In this document: one piece after another, positions 17,670-25,918 of the stretch
How positions within the stretch are numbered: the first letter of the stretch is position 1
Layout of the letters: each line of letters starts with the position of its first letter
Virus record (IMG/VR): IMGVR_UViG_3300017988_000020
Location: 1 to 30,922 of that record
Direction: 5' to 3' (one strand)
Length of the DNA: 30,922 bases
Source: a virus
Lineage: Duplodnaviria; Caudoviricetes
The notes under the pieces: generated by a model
What the model was told of the DNA's origin: nothing
Databases searched by the model: none
Seen by the model: the letters and a program-made list of their open reading frames with translations, nothing else
Program-made: the position numbers and the translations under genes

Positions 17670-18994
17670 TGCCGATACTTACGCAGGATGAGTTTAATGC
17701 ACTTCCAGACGGACATACTGTAGCCGCCGTCCATCCGTCCAATGTTTTCACGCCGGAGGAGTTTAATGCGTTGCCAGATGCACAGCCTGCCAATATTTGG
17801 CAAACGGTAAAACACGGTGCGCAGGAAGCCGTAGGCGCAGTACAGGATATGCTAAATCCGGCGCAGGCTGTGCGAGGATTGGCAAGTCCACGCGGCGAGG
17901 ACATAATAAATGAGCTTCCGGCTGTCGGCGCAGGCGTTGGAAGCCTTGCGGGGCCAGGCGGTACGGCAATTGGTGCAGCGTCCGCGCAAGTGCTGAAAGA
18001 AGGCGCACAGGCATTTACGGGGAGCAATGCCGTCCCGCAATCCGCATTATCAGCCGGAGCGCAACCCATAGAGCAGGGCGCAATCCAGCTAGGAGCCGAG
18101 GCTGCTATGCCGTATGCTCTTAAGGCGCTAGATTGGACTACAAAAGCCGTTGGTGGCGTGTCTGATTGGTTCGCAACGAAGGCGGGGCAGTATTTCCTCA
18201 ATGCCTATAAGCGGGATTATTCGTATGGACACAATCCAGCGCAGGCGTTGGTGGATGAAAAAATTGTTGCGCCCACATGGGATAGCCTGATTGAAAAAGT
18301 CGGAGATGCAAGGGCGGCGCTTGGCAAGGAATACGACAAAATTTTTGCCGCGCGTCCCGATGCAACTGTTGATCTCTCTGAAATATCACAGCCTATAGAA
18401 AAAGCCATAGACGAAGCGGGGAAAATGCCGGAGCGCAATGCCACGCTCATAAATAATCTTAACGGGCTTTGGTCGGATGTGGAACAGTATGCAGGCGTTA
18501 AATCATTGCCAGAAGCGCAGGATATTAAATCCATGCTATATTCTGCGTCAAAATTCACTGGCAATCCTTCGGATGATGCCATTCTGAATCGTACACAGCA
18601 AGCAGTCGCGGGGAAAATAGCCGCAGGAATGAAAGAAGTCGCGCCGGAACTTGGGCCGCTGAATATCCGCTATGGGAATCTTTCATCTCTGGCGACCGCC
18701 GCAGCGCGTCGGGCCGATATAGTCAACGCTAACCCAATCCCGTATTATGCAGCAGGCGGCGGCGCATTGATTGGCGGTCTTGCTGGTGGCAGTGTCGGAG
18801 CAGCGACAGGCGCAACTATAAGCGCAGGAATGAAAGTCCCTGCTGTTGCCACTCCCGCAATAGCTGCTTTGGGACTTCCTTCCGAGGCGGCAGAGGCATT
18901 GCAAACGCTGATTAAGTATCTTGCGCCAGCAGAATTCCGCGCCGTCTCACAGGCTGCTACCGCCACCGCAGCAACGCATTTTCAGCAAAAATAG
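17669..18994 (+). CDS. Internal virion / DNA ejection protein
   Basis: TAATG coupling at 17669, EFNALPD twice at the N-terminus, glycine zippers flanking a helical core. Confidence 0.7.
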   Translation: MPILTQDEFNALPDGHTVAAVHPSNVFTPEEFNALPDAQPANIWQTVKHGAQEAVGAVQDMLNPAQAVRGLASPRGEDIINELPAVGAGVGSLAGPGGTAIGAASAQVLKEGAQAFTGSNAVPQSALSAGAQPIEQGAIQLGAEAAMPYALKALDWTTKAVGGVSDWFATKAGQYFLNAYKRDYSYGHNPAQALVDEKIVAPTWDSLIEKVGDARAALGKEYDKIFAARPDATVDLSEISQPIEKAIDEAGKMPERNATLINNLNGLWSDVEQYAGVKSLPEAQDIKSMLYSASKFTGNPSDDAILNRTQQAVAGKIAAGMKEVAPELGPLNIRYGNLSSLATAAARRADIVNANPIPYYAAGGGALIGGLAGGSVGAATGATISAGMKVPAVATPAIAALGLPSEAAEALQTLIKYLAPAEFRAVSQAATATAATHFQQK

Positions 18995-19002
18995 CCTTCA
19001 TG

Positions 19003-19015
19003 TTGTATATTATAT
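19003..19015 (+). promoter_or_regulatory. Putative late promoter, copy 4
   Basis: TTGTATATTATAT upstream of the lysis and glycosyltransferase block. Confidence 0.7.
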
Positions 19016-19040
19016 ATATCCGCAGCAAAAGGAGCGCATT

Positions 19041-19205
19041 ATGAGCATTCGCAAAGTCGGAGGCAAATACTTCAACATAGGCAAGACTGGCAAGAAGCAC
19101 GGCGCGTTCAGCAGCAAGAAGGCCACAGCCGCGCAGACCCGCGCCATGTTCTCTCACCGCAAGCCGGGCGCGAAGTGGGGCAAAAAATCAGCCAGAGGGC
19201 GGTAA
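19041..19205 (+). CDS. Small very basic protein (54 aa)
   Basis: AAGGAG RBS. MSIRKVGGKY...KTGKKHGAFSSKK resembles small basic phage late proteins. Confidence 0.7.
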   Translation: MSIRKVGGKYFNIGKTGKKHGAFSSKKATAAQTRAMFSHRKPGAKWGKKSARGR

Positions 19206-19206
19206 T

Positions 19207-19377
19207 ATGGGGAACATGGATGAGCGCGTAACTGCTTTGGAGGGCGATATGAACGACGTTAAAATAAATAACGCGCTCACCGCTGACCGTGTACGTTTGT
19301 TGCTTTGGGTTCACGGACTTGAAGCGACAATTGCACTAGGCATCCTTGCCAAAATCGCATTTAATAAGGGGTCATAA
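19207..19377 (+). CDS. Holin-like coiled-coil protein with TM helix (56 aa, not in the ORF track)
   Basis: MGNMDERVTALEGDMNDVK...LLLWVHGLEATIALGILAKIAF. TAATG overlap with the amidase gene. Confidence 0.65.
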   Translation: MGNMDERVTALEGDMNDVKINNALTADRVRLLLWVHGLEATIALGILAKIAFNKGS

Positions 19378-19826
19378 TGGACGAAAATAATCATCTCAAG
19401 GCATTGTGTGATGCCGCAGTATCTGCGCCGGAATTCCAACCTAAAGACGGAGTAACCCACTGTAATCAGGCAGTCCGAAGTATAGCCCTTGGCATGGGCT
19501 ATACCGGTTTTGCGCCGGATGAACTTGCCACGCACATGATAGGCTTTATGGCTGCGTCTCCCGATTGGGAAGCCGTGAATATGGAACATGCCGCGCAGTT
19601 CGCGCAGGCGGGGCGCATGGTGGTTGCTTGCATGGTAGAGCAGTCGCATGGCCATGTCGCCGTGCTTTATCCCGCACCCATGCAGCAAAGCGGCTCTCTC
19701 GGCTATGAAGTACCGATGATTGCCAACGTCGGCAAGACAAACGGCGTAATGCGGGCTTCTCAGGCGTTCCCCGTCGCGCAATTCCCGCGCTGGCCTATCT
19801 ATTACGCACTCAAGGCGGCACAATGA
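19377..19826 (+). CDS. Putative endolysin, Cys/His amidase (CHAP or NlpC-P60-like)
   Basis: THCNQAV and HGHVAVL candidate catalytic motifs, next to a holin-like gene. Confidence 0.7.
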   Translation: MDENNHLKALCDAAVSAPEFQPKDGVTHCNQAVRSIALGMGYTGFAPDELATHMIGFMAASPDWEAVNMEHAAQFAQAGRMVVACMVEQSHGHVAVLYPAPMQQSGSLGYEVPMIANVGKTNGVMRASQAFPVAQFPRWPIYYALKAAQ

Positions 19827-20686
19827 AAATAGCCCTTTGCCTCTGCTGTCATGTCCGCACTTATAAGGACACTTATTCCAACCTGTTCAACAACGTAGTC
19901 CAGCCACTAAAGGACGCTGGTCATTCCGTCGATGTGTTTATGCACACATGGTCAACGGTGGACGCGCTTAATAAAACATGGTGGAGTGCCGGAAAGTTTG
20001 AGGAGGTGCAAAAGCTCGCCGCCGTTCCGGTCAACAAAAAAAGCATTGTCGGCGTGTACGCGCCTAAAAAACTTGTTGTTGAGGAACAAACCGAGATTGT
20101 TCCAACTCCCGGTTATGCTGCGATGGATGTGGCATATGTCAACAAGGCATATGAGAGCGCAAATAAGGCGTTCCGGCTGGCAATGGATGCGGACAAGTAC
20201 GATTACATCATCCTGACGCGCCCGGACGTAAACTACACTTCGGCGCTTGACGTCAAGGAAATTGAACGGCAGGGCCTCACCACCGCCGCGCATGGCTATT
20301 TCCTCAAGAAAGGCAGCTTAACGGATATTTGGCTCATGGGACAGCCGGAATATCTGGCGCAGTCCCTGCAAATGTTCTGGCGCATGTGGAGCATACATAA
20401 ACCCGCGGTGAAGCATTTCGAGGACAGCTACGCGGAGCATATCGCCGCGCTTAAAATCCCGGTGCATGTTTCTGATTTGCATTGGGAAGTCCTGCGAATA
20501 GATGGTTCCAAATTCACGCCAGAGCATTACACGGACTACCATCCGAAAGCCGCCCCGGTTACTTTCGCGGATATTGTAAAAGGCCTCCGTCCCGATCCCG
20601 CGATTGCCGCGCAGTTCGCGCAAGCCGTCAAAGATAAAAACACCGCCAAAATACGCGGCTGGCAGCATGTGGGGCTGCTTAAATAA
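19823..20686 (+). CDS. Putative glycosyltransferase (GT-A-like)
   Basis: MKIALC...R, DVFMHTW and YDYIILTRPD pattern seen in viral and LPS-locus glycosyltransferase-like proteins. Confidence 0.7.
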   Translation: MKIALCLCCHVRTYKDTYSNLFNNVVQPLKDAGHSVDVFMHTWSTVDALNKTWWSAGKFEEVQKLAAVPVNKKSIVGVYAPKKLVVEEQTEIVPTPGYAAMDVAYVNKAYESANKAFRLAMDADKYDYIILTRPDVNYTSALDVKEIERQGLTTAAHGYFLKKGSLTDIWLMGQPEYLAQSLQMFWRMWSIHKPAVKHFEDSYAEHIAALKIPVHVSDLHWEVLRIDGSKFTPEHYTDYHPKAAPVTFADIVKGLRPDPAIAAQFAQAVKDKNTAKIRGWQHVGLLK

Positions 20687-21399
20687 TGTCCGAATTGACC
20701 GTTATCGTTACCACGTTTCTCAGGCCGGAGCTTTTGGTCCGGTCTGTAGAACGCACGTTAACGGTCATTCCCCACGGCTGGACGGTACTTATTGGCGACC
20801 AAACCCATACCAAGGCCACGGAGGAGGCACTGGAATCGCTTGAGGCGCATTATAAGCGCACAGTCAATTATATACCGCTTGAATACGATTGCGGGCTATC
20901 CAAGGCCCGTAATACGCTGGCTTCAATGTGCAATGGCCCGGTGCTGATGTCGCAGGATTCTATTGCCGTTATAAATCCCACGGCAATTAAATCCGCGATG
21001 GGCTTACTTGGAGCATATGACCTCATAGGCTTCAATCTGGCGAGGGGGTCCGGCGAGATAATGCGCTGGTGCGGAAATATGCAAAATGGGACATTGGTAA
21101 TGTCCCCTCCATACCATCCCATAATGCCGGTGGACATCTGCTACAATTATTTTATTTGCGACGCGAAACTGTTGAAAAAATACCCATATGATGAACGCCT
21201 TAAACTCTGTGAACATGGGACATTTTTCCAGCAATTAAAGACCGCTGGCAAGCGCGTCGCGAATTATGAAGCAGCCGCCGGTCTAAAGCTGGATTGGGAC
21301 ATGGGTATCCAATGCGAATATAACCGGCTCCGTAAGCGCGAGTGGCAGGAATTCCGCAAGCTTGCGCAGGAATTGCACGGCGCAAATATTTTCTTTTAG
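20686..21399 (+). CDS. Glycosyltransferase family 2
   Basis: VIVTTFLRPELL, LIGD, DCGLSKARN and YDERLKLCEH..FF motifs. Confidence 0.85.
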   Translation: MSELTVIVTTFLRPELLVRSVERTLTVIPHGWTVLIGDQTHTKATEEALESLEAHYKRTVNYIPLEYDCGLSKARNTLASMCNGPVLMSQDSIAVINPTAIKSAMGLLGAYDLIGFNLARGSGEIMRWCGNMQNGTLVMSPPYHPIMPVDICYNYFICDAKLLKKYPYDERLKLCEHGTFFQQLKTAGKRVANYEAAAGLKLDWDMGIQCEYNRLRKREWQEFRKLAQELHGANIFF

Positions 21400-21508
21400 G
21401 AGGAGATTATCATACGGCAGTATATTTGCACAATCTGCAACAAGACGTATCACAGACCAGGCATTTGCCCGCGCTGTGAAACAAACTCAATCAGGAGAAT
21501 GACAAAAT

Positions 21509-22036
21509 ATGAACAGGAAGATTATGAAAAGTATGTCTCGGCTGGCGGCCTTAATGCTCTTAGCATTATGGTGCATCGGTATCGCCAAACCCGCGAAGGC
21601 AGACGATTCAACGACAACCACAACGGCAAGCAGCACAAACCCGTTTGTGTACAGAAACGGGAACTTCAGCACTGGAATCGTATCCGGTGATGCTTACCAG
21701 TCGTGGGATATTTTCCACTCTGTCGGCAACATAAACGCGCGCGCCGGCGGCAGCATAACGCTGGCACAGTACGGGCGCTTCGGCGCGTTCGTGGGCGCGG
21801 CGGCTCCGTCGAATGACCCGAAGTCCATAGCTCTGACCGCAGGGCCGCAGCTTAACCTTGATGACGCAATGAAAGCGGCGGTTACGGGGATGCTGGAAGT
21901 GCTGCCCTTTAATCTGGACTCCGGGACGATAAGCGCGATATCATCGGCGTTCACGCTCAAAGTTCCCTTCGGCTATGACTTCCGCAATCTGGGATGGGCT
22001 ATTGGCGCGGGCGTCGGCGTCAAGAAGGTGTTTTAA
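21509..22036 (+). CDS. Secreted or outer-membrane protein
   Basis: Signal peptide ending AKA-DD, S/T linker, amphipathic strands, C-terminal Phe. Confidence 0.65.
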   Translation: MNRKIMKSMSRLAALMLLALWCIGIAKPAKADDSTTTTTASSTNPFVYRNGNFSTGIVSGDAYQSWDIFHSVGNINARAGGSITLAQYGRFGAFVGAAAPSNDPKSIALTAGPQLNLDDAMKAAVTGMLEVLPFNLDSGTISAISSAFTLKVPFGYDFRNLGWAIGAGVGVKKVF

Positions 22037-22037
22037 T

Positions 22038-22523
22038 ATGGAAAAACTCATATCGCTAATCACGCAGCATCTCGCCATATTCGGCGTAAGCACCGGGCTT
22101 GTCGGCGCGGTGATACGTCATTATCTGCCGTCGTTAATCAGCACCGCGCAAGCTAAGCTCTCCGGGATTTACACGTCGGAGTTTAGCTGGATTTTCGGCT
22201 CGCTGGCTGGGAAGCTGGACTATAACGCGCTGCCGCCGGAGAAGCGCGATAAGGCGCGTGTTTACGTCCAAAACATCATCATATACGCGGTGCGGCTGCT
22301 GGACCTGATAATGCCGGACGACGGACTCGGCGCGCAGAAAAAGCAGTCGCTTATGCTATGGTTCCAGACCATAAAAATGGACCCGCAGACTGCCGGGGAA
22401 ATCAGCGACTTCATAGACTTCGCCGTCAAGTCGCTTAAAGAGCAGGCCGCAAAGTCAGCAATGGACGCACAGTCCGTAGCCGCTGCACCCGCATCCGCCC
22501 CGCCTGCATCATCTGAGAAGTAG
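22038..22523 (+). CDS. Membrane protein, LL-H-holin-like
   Basis: N-terminal hydrophobic helix and GLGAQKK...ISDFIDFAVKSL pattern. Start placed just after the upstream stop. Confidence 0.55.
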   Translation: MEKLISLITQHLAIFGVSTGLVGAVIRHYLPSLISTAQAKLSGIYTSEFSWIFGSLAGKLDYNALPPEKRDKARVYVQNIIIYAVRLLDLIMPDDGLGAQKKQSLMLWFQTIKMDPQTAGEISDFIDFAVKSLKEQAAKSAMDAQSVAAAPASAPPASSEK

Positions 22524-22540
22524 CGCAGCCTCCGCGCAAC

Positions 22541-22576
22541 CCCCCGGCAAACTATCCATCCGCCGGGGGCTTTTTT
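22541..22576 (+). terminator. Intrinsic terminator ending the late region
   Basis: CCCCCGGC/GCCGGGGG stem followed by CTTTTTT. Confidence 0.9.
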
Positions 22577-22588
22577 ATTGTCCCGTCG

Positions 22589-22630
22589 GTACGTTACATG
22601 AAAGTTACATAAACGTAGCACAAAAGTTAG
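22589..22630. repeat. 11-bp phased GTTAC repeats, inverse of the 2321 array
   Basis: GTTAC 22593, GTTAC 22604, GTAGC 22615, GTTAG 22626. Confidence 0.65.
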
Positions 22631-22659
22631 TTGCAAAGTCTGCACACAACTACTAAACT
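22631..22659 (+). promoter_or_regulatory. sigma70-like early promoter
   Basis: TTGCAA, 17 nt spacer, TAAACT, immediately after the terminator. Confidence 0.7.
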
Positions 22660-22664
22660 AGGTT

Positions 22665-22790
22665 ATGGCGCAGGCGAAACAAGACACGGTTTTGACGGAA
22701 ATTTCTCATGCTCGATTTACCGGAACCTCCCGTTCCGTGTCGCCCTCCGTGCAATCTGCCTGCGCCACATGCAGCGTGCCGGAGGGTAAT
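22665..22790 (+). ncRNA. Structured leader RNA, c4/CI-antisense-like candidate
   Basis: Closing stem 22666-22675 with 22758-22767, inner stem 22683-22689 with 22735-22741, and CCCTCCG/CGGAGGG pairing. Begins at the predicted TSS. Confidence 0.5.
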
Positions 22791-22811
22791 TTTTTGCAGA
22801 AAAGAGGGATT

Positions 22812-23051
22812 ATGAACATCTGGAACTGGCTGTTAAACAAGACCGATGAACCGCGCAAGCCGCTGGAAACGCTGGACATAGTGGAAGGAATCGTTTATTC
22901 CACGCACAGTAATAAGCATAAAGTGGCCCTGCTGATGGTGCTGCTTGATGAGGAAAAGACGCGCTCTCGCGCAATGGGCCGCTTGCTGGCGGCTGATATT
23001 TCCCGCCCGCTCCCGGCAACAATGGCGCGGATGATGAAGGAGGGCGCATAA
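22812..23051 (+). CDS. Hypothetical protein, first early gene
   Basis: GAGGG RBS before ATG 22812, TAATG coupling to the next gene. Confidence 0.7.
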   Translation: MNIWNWLLNKTDEPRKPLETLDIVEGIVYSTHSNKHKVALLMVLLDEEKTRSRAMGRLLAADISRPLPATMARMMKEGA

Positions 23052-23263
23052 TGCCGATCATAGCGCGATGGAATAAGGACTGCTGTCATGAGGTAATATT
23101 TGAAGTGCGCGTCCCTTGCAGCTTTTGCAATCTGGACGTAGAAGAACCCGTGACGCTGGAATTCCAGTCATGGGCAGAGGCGATTACATGCGCCTACGCC
23201 ATCGCCAAATGTGAAACCGCCGATTATCAGAAAGTTGTCATTGAGGATAAGACGGTTAACTGA
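23051..23263 (+). CDS. Hypothetical Cys-containing protein
   Basis: Coupled start with AGGAGGG RBS. Confidence 0.6.
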   Translation: MPIIARWNKDCCHEVIFEVRVPCSFCNLDVEEPVTLEFQSWAEAITCAYAIAKCETADYQKVVIEDKTVN

Positions 23264-23297
23264 TTTGGACTAAAACCAAAAAAACAAAGGAGATGTT

Positions 23298-23807
23298 ATG
23301 AAACTGGAAGAGATACTGACTGAACAGACAGTAAAGGAAGCACTTAAGGAGTACATCAGGGAGAATTTCGACGAAGAATTGTATAGCAAACTTGAACGCG
23401 AGATACGTGCAGATTTACAGGAAAAGGCGCAAAAATATTTCGTGGACAAAATGGAGAAAGAACTTGCCATTATAGCAACTGATTTCCTTAATCAGCCCAT
23501 ACCTAATACTAATCAATGGGGTGAAAAGAAGGGTGAGCCTGAAACTATAACTGAACGGGCAATCAAGATCATGAAAGAATGGATGGAGGAAAAAGTCGAT
23601 TCTAACTGTAGCCGCTCTTATAACGGCATCAACCGGCTTGAGCAGATAGTAAGACAACATTTAGACAAATCCACGGAGAAACAAATCCTCGAAATAAAAT
23701 TTGAATTGCGGGATGCCTTCACCAAGGCATTTATCGATGATGTGTCAAAAACCCTCGTGCGTGCTGTAAAGATTGACGATAAAGGTAATATCTCGGTCGC
23801 GCAATAG
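23298..23807 (+). CDS. Hypothetical helical phage protein
   Basis: AAGGAG RBS, charged AT-rich ORF. Confidence 0.8.
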   Translation: MKLEEILTEQTVKEALKEYIRENFDEELYSKLEREIRADLQEKAQKYFVDKMEKELAIIATDFLNQPIPNTNQWGEKKGEPETITERAIKIMKEWMEEKVDSNCSRSYNGINRLEQIVRQHLDKSTEKQILEIKFELRDAFTKAFIDDVSKTLVRAVKIDDKGNISVAQ

Positions 23808-23835
23808 CACCCACACTACTAAAACGGAGATTAAA

Positions 23836-24468
23836 ATGGAAAATGCAAAGGGTGTTTACAAAAAGATTTGCGCCGTACAGGGCGAAATATGCAAAGTAGG
23901 CATAGGCAAAGACCGCAAAAACGAAAAACAGAATTACGCATTTCGCGGAATTGATGACGTATACAATGCACTTGCGCCACTCTTGTCAAAAAATGGGCTT
24001 TGCATATTGCCCCGTGTTTTGTCCCGAACGGTTACAAAAGAACCGAGTAAGACCGGCGGCATGTTGTTCTATGTGGTGCTGGATATGGAATTTGATTTCG
24101 TCGACGCAGATGATGGCTCCATGCACACAGCCAAGGTATCCGGTGAAGCCATGGATACGGGCGATAAGGCCACAAATAAGGCCATGAGTGCCGCTTATAA
24201 GTATGTTTGCTTGCAGACATTTTGCATACCGACGGAAGGGGATAATGATGCCGATGCCAAAACACATGAGGTGTCAACGAAGGTATCACAAAAACCATTA
24301 TCCGCGACAGATATTGCGCTTATCGCAAAATGCCAGACGATTGATGAACTCAATAAGATCAATGTCGAGCTGAAAAAACTGGGCGCGGCGTTCGACACAA
24401 GTCGGCTTGAGTGTTGCAAAGAACAGGCCGCAATAATCAGAGGCAACGATGCAGACAAAAAATCATAA
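23836..24468 (+). CDS. erf: ERF-family single-strand annealing protein
   Basis: YAFRGIDDVYNAL and GEAMDTGDKATNKAMSAAYKY...IPT. GGAG RBS before 23836. Confidence 0.9.
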   Translation: MENAKGVYKKICAVQGEICKVGIGKDRKNEKQNYAFRGIDDVYNALAPLLSKNGLCILPRVLSRTVTKEPSKTGGMLFYVVLDMEFDFVDADDGSMHTAKVSGEAMDTGDKATNKAMSAAYKYVCLQTFCIPTEGDNDADAKTHEVSTKVSQKPLSATDIALIAKCQTIDELNKINVELKKLGAAFDTSRLECCKEQAAIIRGNDADKKS

Positions 24469-25051
24469 CGTTCAGCAAGGAACGCCGGAATGGTTCACTC
24501 TGCGGCTGGGAAGGCTTACGGCAAGCGAAGCGCAGGCGATAGCCACGGATGGCAAGGGGCTAGAAACCCTTTGCATCAGGCTTGCAGCAGAGCGATTGAC
24601 AGGACTACCAGCAGAGAAATGGGAAGGCAACGCGGATACCGAGCGCGGCAAGGAACTGGAAGCAGAAGCCCGCAGCCTATATGCCCGGACGCATGACGAT
24701 ATCGAGGAGGTAGGATTCATAGAATATGGCGACTATGCCGGATGCTCGCCGGACGGTCTTGTAAGCTTTGATGGCGGCATGGAAATCAAAAGCCCTAATG
24801 ATGTGCGCTTTTTAGACCTATGCCTGACCGGGAAAATTGACACCGGATACATTTGGCAAGTGCAAATGAATCTGTTGATAACGGGACGCGAATGGTGGGA
24901 CTTTATCGCTTACAATCCGCATTTCAAAAACCCGCTTTATATCCAGCGCATAACGCCAGACATGAAAAAGCACCAGGCATTACTCGCAGGAATTGAAAGC
25001 GGCACAAAAAAAATTCAGGCTATCATAGCCAAAATGGAGGCAGCACAATGA
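24449..25051 (+). CDS. YqaJ / lambda-exonuclease family nuclease
   Basis: QGTPEWF..RLGRLTAS, RGKELE, SPDGL, EIKSP and WQVQ motifs. Confidence 0.95.
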   Translation: MQTKNHNVQQGTPEWFTLRLGRLTASEAQAIATDGKGLETLCIRLAAERLTGLPAEKWEGNADTERGKELEAEARSLYARTHDDIEEVGFIEYGDYAGCSPDGLVSFDGGMEIKSPNDVRFLDLCLTGKIDTGYIWQVQMNLLITGREWWDFIAYNPHFKNPLYIQRITPDMKKHQALLAGIESGTKKIQAIIAKMEAAQ

Positions 25052-25320
25052 AGGTATTATCAAAGGTGGGCGGGTTCGCAATGTTTCAGGGCGAGAAAAG
25101 ATCAGACGGGAAACCGTTCTACAAGTTCGAGTATAACCATAAGAACAAGGACGGTACATGGGAAACACAGGAATTTTTTCTTTTTCCCGAACAGTCGGCG
25201 GCAATGGCATTAGCGGTAAATATCGGAGCGCAGCGGATATGCGCTATCGAGGCCGAGAACGCGACAAATGCTATGCAGGAGCGCATGGCGAATAAGCAAG
25301 CTGACGAGGATAAATTCTAA
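25048..25320 (+). CDS. Small recombination-module protein, possibly ssDNA-binding
   Basis: ATGA coupling, KDGTW motif, acidic C-terminus ending DEDKF. Confidence 0.6.
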   Translation: MKVLSKVGGFAMFQGEKRSDGKPFYKFEYNHKNKDGTWETQEFFLFPEQSAAMALAVNIGAQRICAIEAENATNAMQERMANKQADEDKF

Positions 25321-25742
25321 TGGAGCAGCAATTCTTGCAGTCGGAAAAGGAGCTTATCGCTCTGACTGCTATCCTGCGAGAAACGCTGAAAGAGGGGCCA
25401 GTAGATGTGCAATACCGGCTCCATAAGCGCAGCAAAAGCATGGAGCAGTTGGGCTACTATTATGGATGCGTGTTGCCCATACTCCGGCGAAGATTGAAAA
25501 AGGACGGCAATGATTTCAGCATTGACCAAATTGATGCCTTCCTTAAAGATAAACTCTTTGCCGAAGAGATTTTCAGCCCGCTTGACGGGAAATTAGTGCG
25601 CGTCGTAAAAATGAAGCGCAACGCTACCGTTACGGAAATGTCTGAATATCTCCAACTGGTGATTGATTTTTGCCAGCAGGAATTGGGGCTTAAAATCCCC
25701 GGGGCAGAGGACTACATCATGCTAAAGGAAATAGGGATATGA
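25320..25742 (+). CDS. NinB/Orf-like recombination protein
   Basis: SMEQLGYYYG and TVTEMSEYL...LGLKIP pattern. Confidence 0.7.
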   Translation: MEQQFLQSEKELIALTAILRETLKEGPVDVQYRLHKRSKSMEQLGYYYGCVLPILRRRLKKDGNDFSIDQIDAFLKDKLFAEEIFSPLDGKLVRVVKMKRNATVTEMSEYLQLVIDFCQQELGLKIPGAEDYIMLKEIGI

Positions 25743-25918
25743 CCCTCCCCGCCATCCTCAAGCGCCTGATATGGCGGCTCCACGCCTCCCCGCGCTGCCG
25801 CCATTGCAAAAGGCCGCTGAAAGACGCAAAAAGCAGACGCGCCGGGATTGGTCCTGGCTGCCAGAAACAACAAACCGTGGCCCTGGCGGATTCCGGGGCA
25901 AGGAAAAAATATGATTAG
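25739..25918 (+). CDS. DUF6011-like zinc-finger protein (59 aa, not in the ORF track)
   Basis: CRHCKRPLKDAKSRRAGIGPGC motif, ATGA coupling. Confidence 0.75.
   Translation: MTLPAILKRLIWRLHASPRCRHCKRPLKDAKSRRAGIGPGCQKQQTVALADSGARKKYD

Noticed and set aside
19207-19218. Holin/antiholin dual-start motif (M-G-N-M)
   Set aside because: No basic residue lies between the two Met codons as in lambda S, so support is too weak.
14806-21399. Genome-wide TAG reassignment, suggested by LEP*R and the GT2/Zn-finger frame
   Set aside because: Long genes are intact under the standard code, TAG ends several genes at sensible positions (8008, 8725, 18994, 22523, 23807), and no suppressor tRNA is visible.
22665-22811. 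49-codon N-terminal extension of the first early gene
   Set aside because: A good RBS precedes ATG 22812 and the segment is better explained as structured RNA. Leaderless translation from 22665 is not excluded.
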